This document shows, piece by piece, positions 1-9,067 of a DNA stretch of 51,371 nt. Within the stretch, counting starts at the first letter, position 1. The number at the start of each line of letters is the position of its first letter. Under the pieces are notes generated by a model. That model saw only the letters and a list, made by a program, of their open reading frames with translations, was not told where the DNA came from and did not search any database. Source of the DNA: a virus (Duplodnaviria > Caudoviricetes); IMG/VR virus record IMGVR_UViG_3300046092_000227, positions 1-51,371 of that record, one strand, 5' to 3'. The position numbers and the translations under genes are program-made.

Positions 1-37
1 GTAATATACTGATTATTTTAAGCCGCGCAAGTTTTAT

Positions 38-457
38 TTAACATATTTCCATTAAATCATCGGCCATTTTATCTATAAAGAATTTTTTCAATTTATTGGA
101 CAATTTAAGGCAAGCGCGGAAAGTTTTTTCGGCACTTCTGGAATCTTGGTCATATCCAAATTCATCACAGAACTCTTCAAAGTTATTGGGGCAATTAAAT
201 TCTGCTGAGCAGCAAGTCAAAGCATCGTATGCTCGTAATTCAGTCACGCCTTTTTGAAAATTATTCATGGAATCAAAAAAGTCAAAAGAAATTTTTTCTT
301 TGCCTTTCTTGAAAGAAACTAAGAAATGATTAGAAAACCTGCGGGAATCATCATATTCATCATTCCAGTTTGGCGTTTTAGTATTTGCCAATTTAAACGA
401 GAAAGTGATTCCATGTTTAGTTAGGAAATTGGTGGCTTGTGTGTCGAATTCGTTCAT
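38..457 (-). CDS. Conserved phage hypothetical protein
   Basis: 139 aa ORF. The motif FEEFCDEFGYDQDS resembles a recurrent uncharacterised phage family (recalled, not searched). Confidence 0.7.
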   Translation of the reverse strand: MNEFDTQATNFLTKHGITFSFKLANTKTPNWNDEYDDSRRFSNHFLVSFKKGKEKISFDFFDSMNNFQKGVTELRAYDALTCCSAEFNCPNNFEEFCDEFGYDQDSRSAEKTFRACLKLSNKLKKFFIDKMADDLMEIC

Positions 458-464
458 AATGTTA

Positions 465-698
465 TTATAGAGCAGGGTTTTTTAGAATCAAGCAATTAAT
501 TAATTTATTTTTTGCGGCATCTTTAGTCCAAGTGTGCCCAATCATCTCATTGTTCTCGCCGATTCCCTTATGGACACGCCATGCATTTTTATCTGTTTTA
601 CTGTCGCGAGGCTTAAAGATGAAACCAAATTCTTTATTGTTGATAACCAATACTTCAAGTGTGGCTTTACTAGTTTGGGGGATGGATTTCCAAGTCAT
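465..698 (-). CDS. Hypothetical early protein
   Basis: 77 aa ORF preceded by TTGACA-N16-TATCTT shortly before the ATG. Confidence 0.65.
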   Translation of the reverse strand: MTWKSIPQTSKATLEVLVINNKEFGFIFKPRDSKTDKNAWRVHKGIGENNEMIGHTWTKDAAKNKLINCLILKNPAL

Positions 699-916
699 AA
701 TGTTAAGATAAAGAGTTTCCGCTATTTGTCAAGCTTATTTTTACAAACAAACAGGGGCGATTTCCGTGTAACCGCTCCACAGATTAGGATTCTTTTTTCT
801 CAATTTTGAGAGTTCTTCTGGCGTTGGTTTATTTTCTTGCTTAGTTAGCCAATCCATGAATTGAAGTTTATCGGTTAGCTTGTTGTGGCTAGAATAAAAG
901 TGTTGGATTTGTGTTT

Positions 917-1153
917 TCATTTCATTTCCTCCCGTGCTTTAATCATTGCGTCTGCCTGTGCATAGGCTCTGCCTGATATTTCTTTAAAGGTAGTCTCTGG
1001 CGTGCAATACAAGCTACCAATGATTGCTGTCATGGCCTGACCCGCTAACCAGTCGCGGAGGTACATACCGCTATGTGCTGTTGGTTGATCTGGATTTTTT
1101 CCAAAATCTTCCCAAGGAAAAGCTGGGCCGCCATTGTTTATTTGTGTTTTCAT
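917..1153 (-). CDS. Conserved small phage protein (GGPAFP / GMxLRDW / AYxxADAM family)
   Basis: Contains GGPAFP...GMYLRDWLAGQAM...AYAQADAMIKAR, a widespread phage family pattern. Confidence 0.8.
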   Translation of the reverse strand: MKTQINNGGPAFPWEDFGKNPDQPTAHSGMYLRDWLAGQAMTAIIGSLYCTPETTFKEISGRAYAQADAMIKAREEMK

Positions 1154-1158
1154 TTTGT

Positions 1159-1186
1159 AATATACCAGCGTCTTTAATTATGTCAA
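1159..1186 (-). promoter_or_regulatory. Sigma70-type promoter with extended -10, leaderless
   Basis: Minus strand reads TTGACA-N16-TATATT with TG one base upstream of the -10, then 5 nt to the ATG at 1153. Confidence 0.75.
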
Positions 1187-1373
1187 GATTATTCTTTGGA
1201 ATTAAGGATCATCGCTTGGCAATGATGATGATTATAATCAGAAATTCCACCAAGATATGGGTTTCCATATAAAATCCACCCTTGATTTAAATGGTTTTCA
1301 ACTTCTTGTGATAATTGAATGTAAGTTCTACCTACTACTATTTTGTATTTCATGCGTTTAATATATCACTTAT

Positions 1374-1619
1374 TTATTTGCTGTCAAGATTAATTTTCTC
1401 TAATTCGCTTTTTAAGCTGCCAGTGTATGAAAATGGAATCTCCTTGATAAGATTTCCAGCCTTGTTAAAAACCTTGTATTTGCCAGCGTATCCGCTTCTG
1501 CAATTTCCACAGTGCTCTTGGATGATTTTAGCGTTGGAGGATTCCCACTCAGTTTTTCCCTCAAATAAACCAATGCCATTTGAAGAAATTAATTTAAAAT
1601 TTAAGTCGATTTTATTCAT
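1374..1619 (-). CDS. Hypothetical protein
   Basis: 81 aa ORF with TTGACA-N17-TAATTT-6nt-ATG upstream. Confidence 0.6.
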   Translation of the reverse strand: MNKIDLNFKLISSNGIGLFEGKTEWESSNAKIIQEHCGNCRSGYAGKYKVFNKAGNLIKEIPFSYTGSLKSELEKINLDSK

Positions 1620-1661
1620 GGCGATAAATTAACATGAACTTTTAACTTTGTCAAGTTTATT

Positions 1662-1838
1662 TTAAACTTCGCTTGTATGCTGAATCCATTGATCCCTGAG
1701 TTGTTCGATGTATCGCCTGTTTTCGCTTGTGTGAACCCTTACCACTTCGCCATTTAGAATGAGCTTGAGCGTCCAATATTCATGTGGATGATTTGGTATG
1801 CGATGCTTCATTTCGTAAGATTTGGTTTGTGCTTGCAT
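1662..1838 (-). CDS. Small hypothetical protein (58 aa, not in ORF track)
   Basis: Manual translation MQAQTKSYEMKHRIPNHPHEYWTLKLILNGEVV...; fills the gap in the gene array. Confidence 0.55.
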   Translation of the reverse strand: MQAQTKSYEMKHRIPNHPHEYWTLKLILNGEVVRVHTSENRRYIEQLRDQWIQHTSEV

Positions 1839-1999
1839 ACGAGATTATTATTATTTTGTTGCCGAAATTAATTTCTTGATTCCTGTTAAGCTATCCGCTT
1901 TAAGAAAGCCCTGCCCTTCGATAAAGGCGGAATACATACCAGAGTGTTTGATTTTCTCAATCAGTGTGTTTTTGTAAATCATGGGAAGAATATACTGAT

Positions 2000-2122
2000 T
2001 TATTCGTTGCTGTCAATTTTTTTATTTCGCTTGTAATCTTTTTTTGATTTCATGCGGAATGAAGGCGGCGGAAGATGGCGGCGCATCTTTGGTTGTTTTG
2101 GGGAGACGGTGAAAAGAATCAT
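2000..2122 (-). CDS. Small basic protein (40 aa)
   Basis: Manual translation MILFTVSPKQPKMRRHLPPPSFRMKSKKDYKRNKKIDSNE, with a TTGATT...TATCAT promoter directly upstream. Confidence 0.5.
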   Translation of the reverse strand: MILFTVSPKQPKMRRHLPPPSFRMKSKKDYKRNKKIDSNE

Positions 2123-2357
2123 ACTTTATGATACACCGCATATTAGAAAAATCAAGTATTATTTTAATTTTTCCGATTACCCTTGCTCATCCAATGAGAT
2201 TTTGCCAACAGTTTTCCAATCTGGCAACGTCAACTTCAAAAATGCAGATAGTTTTTCCCGCGCTTTATTTTTTGATGAAGCGAAAACAATATCTTTGTGT
2301 GTCTGGAAAATATTTTGACCACAAGAAATTTCTGTTCTAGCGTAAAATGCTTTCATG

Positions 2358-2654
2358 TTACCAGTTCTTCCAGCTTAACGCTTCGATGATTTTTGTCAAG
2401 CGTTTCTTTTGCTTGGGAGCTTCTGCTGGCCTAAGGTGTTTTGGTAATTCAGGCATTTGAATGCGCGCCAATACATATTTGGCCAATACTGAGTTTGATA
2501 GACACACCATGGGATTCCCCATGTTTACCTCGCGATAACAAAGATATTCAGTAGCGGCATCAATTTGTCTCGCCCGAACAAAGGTGTTATCAAGATTTGT
2601 TTCCGTAACTTGTGGGATGAGGATTTTGCGTTTATGGGATTTGCGTTTGGTCAT
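2358..2654 (-). CDS. Hypothetical protein
   Basis: Start moved to MTKRK, which follows TTGCGG-N17-TACATT-5nt. Confidence 0.6.
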   Translation of the reverse strand: MTKRKSHKRKILIPQVTETNLDNTFVRARQIDAATEYLCYREVNMGNPMVCLSNSVLAKYVLARIQMPELPKHLRPAEAPKQKKRLTKIIEALSWKNW

Positions 2655-2705
2655 GGATGAATGTATCATAGAATTATTTGCGCCGCAAGTTATTTTCGCA
2701 TTTAT

Positions 2706-3644
2706 TTAATCCAAAAATGTTTGGATAGTTTTCCAAGCGATTTTGCCCTTCTCAGTGATTTGTCGCTTGCCATCAATTCTGATGAAGTGCTTGCTTAGCA
2801 GATACGGCTCTAAATCGTTCATAATAGCGGTTCTAGAGATTGAGGTAGCACCACGAAGATCATTCAAGGAACAAGAACCATTCTGAGCTAATACCCTCAA
2901 GATTTGAATTTCTCCTGAGTTCAAACCATAGGGTTTAACGTCATTCATTGCAGAATATTTTTGCCAATCCAATGCAGTGAAGTGAGTATTTTTACTGATT
3001 AAACAGTATTTTTTGATACCATTAGATGCTTTAATTGCATCGCGAGGATTTCCCCTAAGAGAATCGCAGATAACACCGACGGTTCCTTCTGCAAAGAAAA
3101 TCTCTTTACAATTTTTAACAAGAATTTCACCTAAATCTTCTGGCTTGTAGCTTGCCAAAGCTACGATTTCCATTCTATCTTTTAGCGGGGCGAAAATTTT
3201 ATCAGGCTCACTACTCATAAACATAAAAATATGTTGCAAAGTATTGATCCTCATGTCTCCGTTATCAGTAGGTATCACTCGCTCAATTTTATCATCAACC
3301 TCAACTGTTGTCAAGAGAAGTTGCTGGATAATATCTGGCAAATTATGAGCCTCGTCCAACAAAATAATTGAGTGCTTGTCTTCGATTTTTGGCTTATAAA
3401 CCTGCTCGAAAAAAGAACCCACATTTTTAATTGTGGCGCAGTTAATCAAATGACCCTCAAAACGAGAATCAGCTTTTTTAATTTCAACAGCTAATTGTTT
3501 AGCGAATTGAGATTTGCCGCCGCCCTTACCTCCCGTGAATAAAAAGTGAGGAAGTGCAGCACCTTGCTTAAAGGATTCAAGGTGAAATTTAAGTTTATTC
3601 TTTAAACTTGATTGGCCGATTAGGTTTTTGAATGGTTCGTTCAT
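2706..3644 (-). CDS. ruvB: RuvB-like Holliday junction branch-migration AAA+ ATPase
   Basis: N-terminal FKNLIGQ, HFLFTGGKGGGKS (Walker A), LLDEAH (Walker B), APLKDR, RGNPR and a C-terminal winged helix with LEPYLL...RQITEKG. Confidence 0.85.
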   Translation of the reverse strand: MNEPFKNLIGQSSLKNKLKFHLESFKQGAALPHFLFTGGKGGGKSQFAKQLAVEIKKADSRFEGHLINCATIKNVGSFFEQVYKPKIEDKHSIILLDEAHNLPDIIQQLLLTTVEVDDKIERVIPTDNGDMRINTLQHIFMFMSSEPDKIFAPLKDRMEIVALASYKPEDLGEILVKNCKEIFFAEGTVGVICDSLRGNPRDAIKASNGIKKYCLISKNTHFTALDWQKYSAMNDVKPYGLNSGEIQILRVLAQNGSCSLNDLRGATSISRTAIMNDLEPYLLSKHFIRIDGKRQITEKGKIAWKTIQTFLD

Positions 3645-3719
3645 GAGTTAATTTAAACTATTTTAGGTTGTTGTCAAGCTCTTTTTCTTTTTTATTTAAT
3701 TCCATCGAATTCGATGGTT

Positions 3720-4070
3720 TTAGATTGCCATGATGCCTTTTTTGGTCACCAAAACCCAAGTGGATTCACTGATTTTTTCACCGCTTTCTTGGTCAATAAA
3801 ATGCCCAGCAATGTATGGATTATACTTGACAAATCTGATATTAGGGGGCGTAACGCTTGCTATATCAGAGTATTCACCCTCTACAAAAGCGTGAACATTT
3901 TTTCGTTTTTCCTTCAGGACTCTCTCACGACCTGCTTGTGAGACTTTGAATTTGACATTCATTAGCTCAATTTGCTCTAGATGCTTCCAGAGTCTCCAGC
4001 CTTTTTCAGTGCGATGGAGGACAGAGAGGCATTGCTTGTGAAGATTGCGATATACGCGAACGTTTTTCAT
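3720..4070 (-). CDS. Conserved phage protein
   Basis: VRVYRNLH...FKVSQAGRERVLKEKRKNVHAFVEG, a common uncharacterised phage family pattern. Confidence 0.75.
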   Translation of the reverse strand: MKNVRVYRNLHKQCLSVLHRTEKGWRLWKHLEQIELMNVKFKVSQAGRERVLKEKRKNVHAFVEGEYSDIASVTPPNIRFVKYNPYIAGHFIDQESGEKISESTWVLVTKKGIMAI

Positions 4071-4420
4071 GATTTAACTATATCACATAAAAAATCTCGC
4101 GCAAGTTATTTAATTAAATTATTTTTCTTTATCCATCATGAACGCAAAAGTTGCCATTGCTAGGCATGAACCAATAAACAAAAAACCAACCCAATTAGGT
4201 ACTGGTTCATTATTGCCTTTATAAAAGATGACAGTAGATAAAATTAGGCTCATATCACTCAGCGTTTAACTCTACTTCATCAATACTGTAACTGATCGAC
4301 CGATTATAAATCCTATAAGCAACGTCTTTATCAGTATAAACACCGATAATGATATTATATGAGTTTTTATAATAGTGTTCGCACAGTTCAGAGACTACCC
4401 AGATTTTTTGTTTTTTCATG

Positions 4421-5011
4421 TTATACTTCTCCAGAAAAAAGTTTTGCCTCTTGACTTCTTCTCTTCACTAACCCTTTGAGCGTTTTACCGTCCGCTTTCA
4501 CATAGAGTTGCATAACGGAAGGAATCACAGAAAAATTTCCATCATTTAAGCGACCTTTGCGGCACACTAGGTTTTTGAGGTTGGTTTCCCCACAGTTAAA
4601 ACAGAAAGATATTAATGCGGCTTCTTGATATGGCGAAAGTCTAACATTGACGTATTTCTTCACGATACCCTTAGTCTGTGGAATGATTTCATTGACAAGG
4701 ATATTTCGCGCCTCTTTCTCTGTCATTTTTTTTCTGCTTGTGTATTTTGGCTCTGTGAATCCGTAGCCGATAGTTTTTTGCCCTGCTGGACAATAGTAAA
4801 CCTTGGAGCGAAAACCTTCATGGCTCATGATCAGGTTAACAAGCTTTTCTTGCGCATCATTTTGAAACGCTATGGCGCGGGGCACGGCTTCCTCTTCCGC
4901 TAGCTCTAAGCGACAAGGGATCACGACTTGAGCTTGCTTTTCAGGCTTGTAGAGCATACAAGCTTCGATAGCCAAAATGAATAAGAGGAGGATAAAAAAA
5001 GAAATTTTCAT
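4421..5011 (-). CDS. GH24 phage lysozyme with N-terminal membrane segment
   Basis: HEGFRSKVYYCPAGQKTIGYG (E-x8-C-x5-T), ALISFCFNCG and LKGLVKRRSQE; residues 3-15 are hydrophobic. Confidence 0.9.
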   Translation of the reverse strand: MKISFFILLLFILAIEACMLYKPEKQAQVVIPCRLELAEEEAVPRAIAFQNDAQEKLVNLIMSHEGFRSKVYYCPAGQKTIGYGFTEPKYTSRKKMTEKEARNILVNEIIPQTKGIVKKYVNVRLSPYQEAALISFCFNCGETNLKNLVCRKGRLNDGNFSVIPSVMQLYVKADGKTLKGLVKRRSQEAKLFSGEV

Positions 5012-5020
5012 AGTATTAGA

Positions 5021-5206
5021 TTAGAAGACAGGTAAACCTTTTTCAATGTCATTTTTGCCGTTTTGAGTCAACCACACTTGAGCAGGGTTAACGCTGCCAA
5101 TTTCAAAGAGATTATGATTTAGTGCTTGCTCTTCTGTGCCGAACATCACAAAACCATCGCCGTTTCTTTCGTAACTTTCCCAAACGTTTATAAGTTCTTC
5201 TTTCAT
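5021..5206 (-). CDS. Hypothetical protein
   Basis: 61 aa ORF with its own promoter cassette. Confidence 0.55.
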   Translation of the reverse strand: MKEELINVWESYERNGDGFVMFGTEEQALNHNLFEIGSVNPAQVWLTQNGKNDIEKGLPVF

Positions 5207-5236
5207 GTTTCTACTCTACCACATAAGAGACATAGA

Positions 5237-5690
5237 TCAACTCTTTTGTGTGATTATTTAATCTGAGGGTCTTCTTTGGTGAGGTGATCAGCAGCAACTT
5301 TTTCAGCCTGTTTAGTTTCACCTGTTTACCACCAATAGATAATAAATAAAATCCAAAACATATAAACAAATATTTCAATATATTCTATCATATTATTATA
5401 TGGTTGTTTCTTCTATAGTCAAGGCGATAATTACCATCCTGATGCTTTATTATAGCCTTTTTCTTCGAAGAATGTCGCTACTTGATCCCAGAAAGAGATT
5501 TGTGATTCGTAGCGAGAACTCCAATAAAATTCATGCTTTTTAGTCGAAATGATAGTTTCGTTTTCTTCTTCGCGATATTCTACGTTGAATCCGTAGAATT
5601 TAGCGACCTCAATGATGGTGGGGTTGATGTCGGTCATATTTCTACATTATCACATAGGAGAGATAAGTCAACTCTTTTGTGTGATTATTT
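5237..5690. repeat. Duplicated promoter cassette (copies at about 5211-5260 and 5642-5690)
   Basis: The 24-mer tcaactcttttgtgtgattattta occurs in both copies with similar flanks; each copy precedes a small gene. Confidence 0.8.
5431..5637 (-). CDS. Hypothetical protein
   Basis: 68 aa ORF lying between the two cassette copies. Confidence 0.6.
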   Translation of the reverse strand: MTDINPTIIEVAKFYGFNVEYREEENETIISTKKHEFYWSSRYESQISFWDQVATFFEEKGYNKASGW

Positions 5691-6010
5691 ATTTTTTCGC
5701 GCATTTTATTCTTCAGAGCCTTCTTAATGATTTGAACCATCATTTGTTTGCTGAATTTACTAGGCGAGACCATACCTCTTTCAATCCGATTGAAACCATG
5801 CATTTCATACCAATTAGCAACTCCATTCTCGTAGCAGATCATTCCAATAGGAGCGAGAAAGTGCCAGTTTTCTTCGCGCCAACTTTTAGGGCGGATATGA
5901 AAATTAACTTTTGAGCCTGTAAGATGCAAGACATCAATCATGCGATCATAAAGTTTCAAAGGGTTTTCAAAATTTTCAAAGCCAACGTGTTTAGAGAATT
6001 CGTATTTCAT
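5642..6010 (-). CDS. Hypothetical protein
   Basis: Start moved to MKYEFSK to avoid overlap with the upstream gene. Confidence 0.55.
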   Translation of the reverse strand: MKYEFSKHVGFENFENPLKLYDRMIDVLHLTGSKVNFHIRPKSWREENWHFLAPIGMICYENGVANWYEMHGFNRIERGMVSPSKFSKQMMVQIIKKALKNKMREKINNHTKELTYLSYVIM

Positions 6011-6033
6011 ACTACTACTACTATAAATTATTC

Positions 6034-6225
6034 CTACGCATAGATTGCATCCCAAAGCTTTTCTTGCAGTGGATACATTTGCTCCCATAACTCATCATCG
6101 CCTGTCATCCATGCATGATAAGCTAACGTAGATGCTGCTCTTGCTACCTTAGCTTCTTTGCGCCTCGTTACGAGGCAAACCCACACGCGATAAATTAAAG
6201 ATGGTTCGGTTTTTTTGTTGGTCAT
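6034..6225 (-). CDS. Hypothetical protein
   Basis: 63 aa ORF with TTGACT-N16-TATAAT-6nt-ATG upstream. Confidence 0.65.
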   Translation of the reverse strand: MTNKKTEPSLIYRVWVCLVTRRKEAKVARAASTLAYHAWMTGDDELWEQMYPLQEKLWDAIYA

Positions 6226-6231
6226 GTTTTT

Positions 6232-6259
6232 ATTATAGAGTTATTTCTTCTTTAGTCAA
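6232..6259 (-). promoter_or_regulatory. Near-consensus sigma70 promoter, leaderless
   Basis: TTGACT-N16-TATAAT; shares CCTTGACTAAAGAAGAAA with the promoter at 6770-6797. Confidence 0.8.
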
Positions 6260-6415
6260 GGCAAATATGGATCAAGAAGACTAAATTCACCATCAGTGAA
6301 TGAATCCCAGCTACTACTGCCATGTTCATCAATCATTTTAGCCCCAGCCTCATATACCAGTTCCTTACCATAAATACTAGAAAGCCATGCAATATATTCA
6401 ATGTAGCCCATATTT

Positions 6416-6763
6416 TTAATCAATAATGTGACCAGTCTTTTTGTCAATTCTTACCAACACTTCTGAATTTGTATTTGAGTCTAAAAGTACTATCCATTCC
6501 CAACCGCGCTCCTTAAAATTATTAGATAGAAATAGTCCGCGATGTTTATATTCACCAATCTCAATTACCTCGCCAAATGCATCTCCAATCTCTACTAACT
6601 CACCTTTTACTTCTAGTGTATCGCGATATGTTTTAGCGACTGTATTAATGTCGCGACGAACCTTCTCATCACCAAAGTTATTGCCAGTAGCTAACTTTTT
6701 TTCAAGAGTCCGCAATTTGAGATATAAACTTTCGATTTCTTGTTGGATTTCTTTTTTATTCAT
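6416..6763 (-). CDS. Hypothetical protein with N-terminal coiled coil
   Basis: Start moved to MNKKEIQQ, 6 nt after TATAAT. Confidence 0.65.
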   Translation of the reverse strand: MNKKEIQQEIESLYLKLRTLEKKLATGNNFGDEKVRRDINTVAKTYRDTLEVKGELVEIGDAFGEVIEIGEYKHRGLFLSNNFKERGWEWIVLLDSNTNSEVLVRIDKKTGHIID

Positions 6764-6769
6764 GATGTT

Positions 6770-6797
6770 ATTATACAAGCTTTTCTTCTTTAGTCAA
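6770..6797 (-). promoter_or_regulatory. Near-consensus sigma70 promoter, leaderless
   Basis: TTGACT-N16-TATAAT-6nt-ATG. Confidence 0.8.
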
Positions 6798-6810
6798 GGA
6801 AATTAATTCT

Positions 6811-7119
6811 TTATTCACTTAGCCACTTAAAAAGTTCTTTCGCAGATCCAAAAAGGACAAAATCTAAGGCAGGATTACCAAGGACTTTTTCGATAGTGCC
6901 GCAATAATCAAAGTCTATATCTACTCCGTATCCATTACCATGCTCAAAACCTTCGCGAGACATTACGAAGTAAGAATGATTGTCGTAGTATTTTGTCATA
7001 ACAAGAAAACATTTCTTATCTGGATAGCTTTTGGGAAACGCCCCGACAAAAGGATATTTGGGCAAGTCTGATGCAAGAATTTCTTCTTCAAGAATTGGTT
7101 TGGTAATGATTTTTTTCAT
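6811..7119 (-). CDS. Hypothetical protein
   Basis: 102 aa ORF in the array. Confidence 0.65.
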   Translation of the reverse strand: MKKIITKPILEEEILASDLPKYPFVGAFPKSYPDKKCFLVMTKYYDNHSYFVMSREGFEHGNGYGVDIDFDYCGTIEKVLGNPALDFVLFGSAKELFKWLSE

Positions 7120-7137
7120 ATTTTTTACAAGATTAAA

Positions 7138-7374
7138 TTACTCTGTTTCGTCCGAAAGGTCAAGCGATTCTACAAAAATTTGATCTTTTGTATTTTCGTT
7201 TTCAACCTCGCTAAACTCAGTTTCAGCATTTGCCGATCCTAGTGTTTCCTGAAGTAACTCATACCATACTCGACTAATTTTGATTTTTGATCCAGCAGGA
7301 AGTTTGGATACAAGCTCCGATAGGGGAACCATAATTAGGGTTTGGCTTTTGGGGCCGCGTTTTTGTGTTGTCAT
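7138..7374 (-). CDS. Small protein with basic N-terminus (KRGPK) and acidic tail
   Basis: 78 aa ORF with TTGACA-N17-TATACT-6nt-ATG upstream. Confidence 0.65.
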   Translation of the reverse strand: MTTQKRGPKSQTLIMVPLSELVSKLPAGSKIKISRVWYELLQETLGSANAETEFSEVENENTKDQIFVESLDLSDETE

Positions 7375-7465
7375 GAATTTAGTATAGTTTATATTTGTAT
7401 ATTTGTCAATTTATTCTGTAAAAATTTTTGGCGGGGTGTAATTTTGGTAGAAACATTTAAATATC

Positions 7466-7951
7466 ATGATGCAATCAATTATCGTGCATTGGAACTATCT
7501 ACCAATCAACAAACCAAAGAATCTATCTCATGCGCAGATCAAAACATCCATACAACAAGCCGCATTGCAGTGGAACGAATGTCTCAAAGGCATGGTATTG
7601 TTTGTTGAAGGGCGTGGAGACTTACAAGCAAGGTTTGCATTTGATACAAAGATAGATAAACAAAAGCATCCTGATCGTATAGGAGAGTGCAGGGATTACA
7701 ACAATCCTAAATCGTGGGAAATATCATTTGATTTGAGAGAGAAATGGAACATTGGTGGGTACAGAAAGTTCTTGGGTATTGGATACGATTTGCGTTCCAC
7801 CGCATTACATGAATTTGGCCATATAATTGATTTGCCACACGCAATGCGATATGACTTTATAATGCATAAAGATTACAATGAGCAAATCAAATTAAATAAA
7901 GATGAAATTAGATCATATCGTGACCATTACATCTCAATGAACAGTGATTGA
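7466..7951 (+). CDS. Matrixin-like (M10/metzincin) zinc metallopeptidase
   Basis: ALHEFGHIIDLPH (HExxHxxxxxH) followed by a Met-turn (FIMH); N-terminal AALQW. Confidence 0.85.
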   Translation: MMQSIIVHWNYLPINKPKNLSHAQIKTSIQQAALQWNECLKGMVLFVEGRGDLQARFAFDTKIDKQKHPDRIGECRDYNNPKSWEISFDLREKWNIGGYRKFLGIGYDLRSTALHEFGHIIDLPHAMRYDFIMHKDYNEQIKLNKDEIRSYRDHYISMNSD

Positions 7952-8449
7952 GGTTCCATAATCGGGAAAGAATACTTCTGAATCATTATCCCAAAGAATC
8001 TTAGCTTGGTAAACCTCTGGAGAGTTTTGTTTGTGGCGTTTTGCAATCTCTGTAAACCAACTGAGTCTATAAGAATATTTCTTAAGGCGAATCTTTGGCC
8101 TATTTGCATCGTCGGTTTTAAGTGCTCCTTCTTTGTCGTAAACAAGAGTCAGTGAATGCAGTTCGCGATCAATTAGAGCCTCCTTTTGAGCGTCATTAAG
8201 ACTTTCCCAAGCAGAACCATCAATAGTGATTTCCGCATCTGCAAATCCCTTGACGCGATTCTTTAGAGAGGAGATTTTTGTAAAAGCAAGAACAGGATAA
8301 CCTCCTTGTTTTACTGGATATTCAGCCTTATCATTGTAGGCGAGAACAGCATCGACTGTTACATTATTTGCGTGTAGTTCGGAATGATATTTTTCCCTAG
8401 TTGAGTTAATAAGGTCAAGGAGTTCTTGGGTTGGTGTATCGTAGTGCAT
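7934..8449 (-). CDS. Putative phage metallopeptidase-family protein with degenerate zinc motif
   Basis: DAEITID...W..L...QKEALIDRELHSL; the family normally has DHELxH at this position. Confidence 0.7.
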   Translation of the reverse strand: MHYDTPTQELLDLINSTREKYHSELHANNVTVDAVLAYNDKAEYPVKQGGYPVLAFTKISSLKNRVKGFADAEITIDGSAWESLNDAQKEALIDRELHSLTLVYDKEGALKTDDANRPKIRLKKYSYRLSWFTEIAKRHKQNSPEVYQAKILWDNDSEVFFPDYGTSITVH

Positions 8450-8455
8450 GGTATA

Positions 8456-8665
8456 TTAATTTGCGGAGTGGATGTTGTTGTCTTTTGTGGCTGGAACATA
8501 ATATAAAACTTTTGAGCGGTCAAGAACTTTTTTCTTTTGCGCCGAAAAATCTTGAATGTATTTCAGTCCTATAATTGCTAAAAAGATAGGAGATGCGACT
8601 AAACAAGCTAACCATGTAATGATAAAAGCAAGTAGTCCTTTAATTAATTGTAGTATTTGATTCAT
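8456..8665 (-). CDS. Small membrane protein
   Basis: Start moved to MNQILQL; contains a long hydrophobic segment. Confidence 0.55.
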   Translation of the reverse strand: MNQILQLIKGLLAFIITWLACLVASPIFLAIIGLKYIQDFSAQKKKVLDRSKVLYYVPATKDNNIHSAN

Positions 8666-8669
8666 AAGA

Positions 8670-8855
8670 TTATATTTTATTAGTTTCAAGGATAACAAAG
8701 TTTCCTTCACTGTCCATATCTGCAAGGCGAAGATCCATTGCAGCATCAGAGATGATGTCAACAGTATCAATGCCCCATTCTTTCTCACGCTCTAAAATGC
8801 GCAAAACAAATATAGTAAACATTTTGTATCGGTGTTGTTGTTCTTGGTTTGTCAT
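8670..8855 (-). CDS. Hypothetical protein
   Basis: MTNQEQQ start after TTGACA-N16-TATGTT. Confidence 0.6.
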   Translation of the reverse strand: MTNQEQQHRYKMFTIFVLRILEREKEWGIDTVDIISDAAMDLRLADMDSEGNFVILETNKI

Positions 8856-9067
8856 GGTGGTTAACATATTGATTATTTAATCACTGTCAAGACTTTTTTT
8901 TCGCGCAACCAAAACCTTTACAACACTCCCATTTATTTTGTTCGTTCTTCGTCATGATGGGAGTGTGCTGACTATGACCTAACCAAATAAAACCAGCTTT
9001 TCGATTGGATAGTTTTCGAGATTGACCGCATTTGTGGCATGATACTTTCATGTTATTAAGTGATTAT

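Noticed and set aside
6010-6024. (AGT)4 microsatellite before a start codon
   Set aside because: Too short to distinguish from chance in AT-rich DNA.
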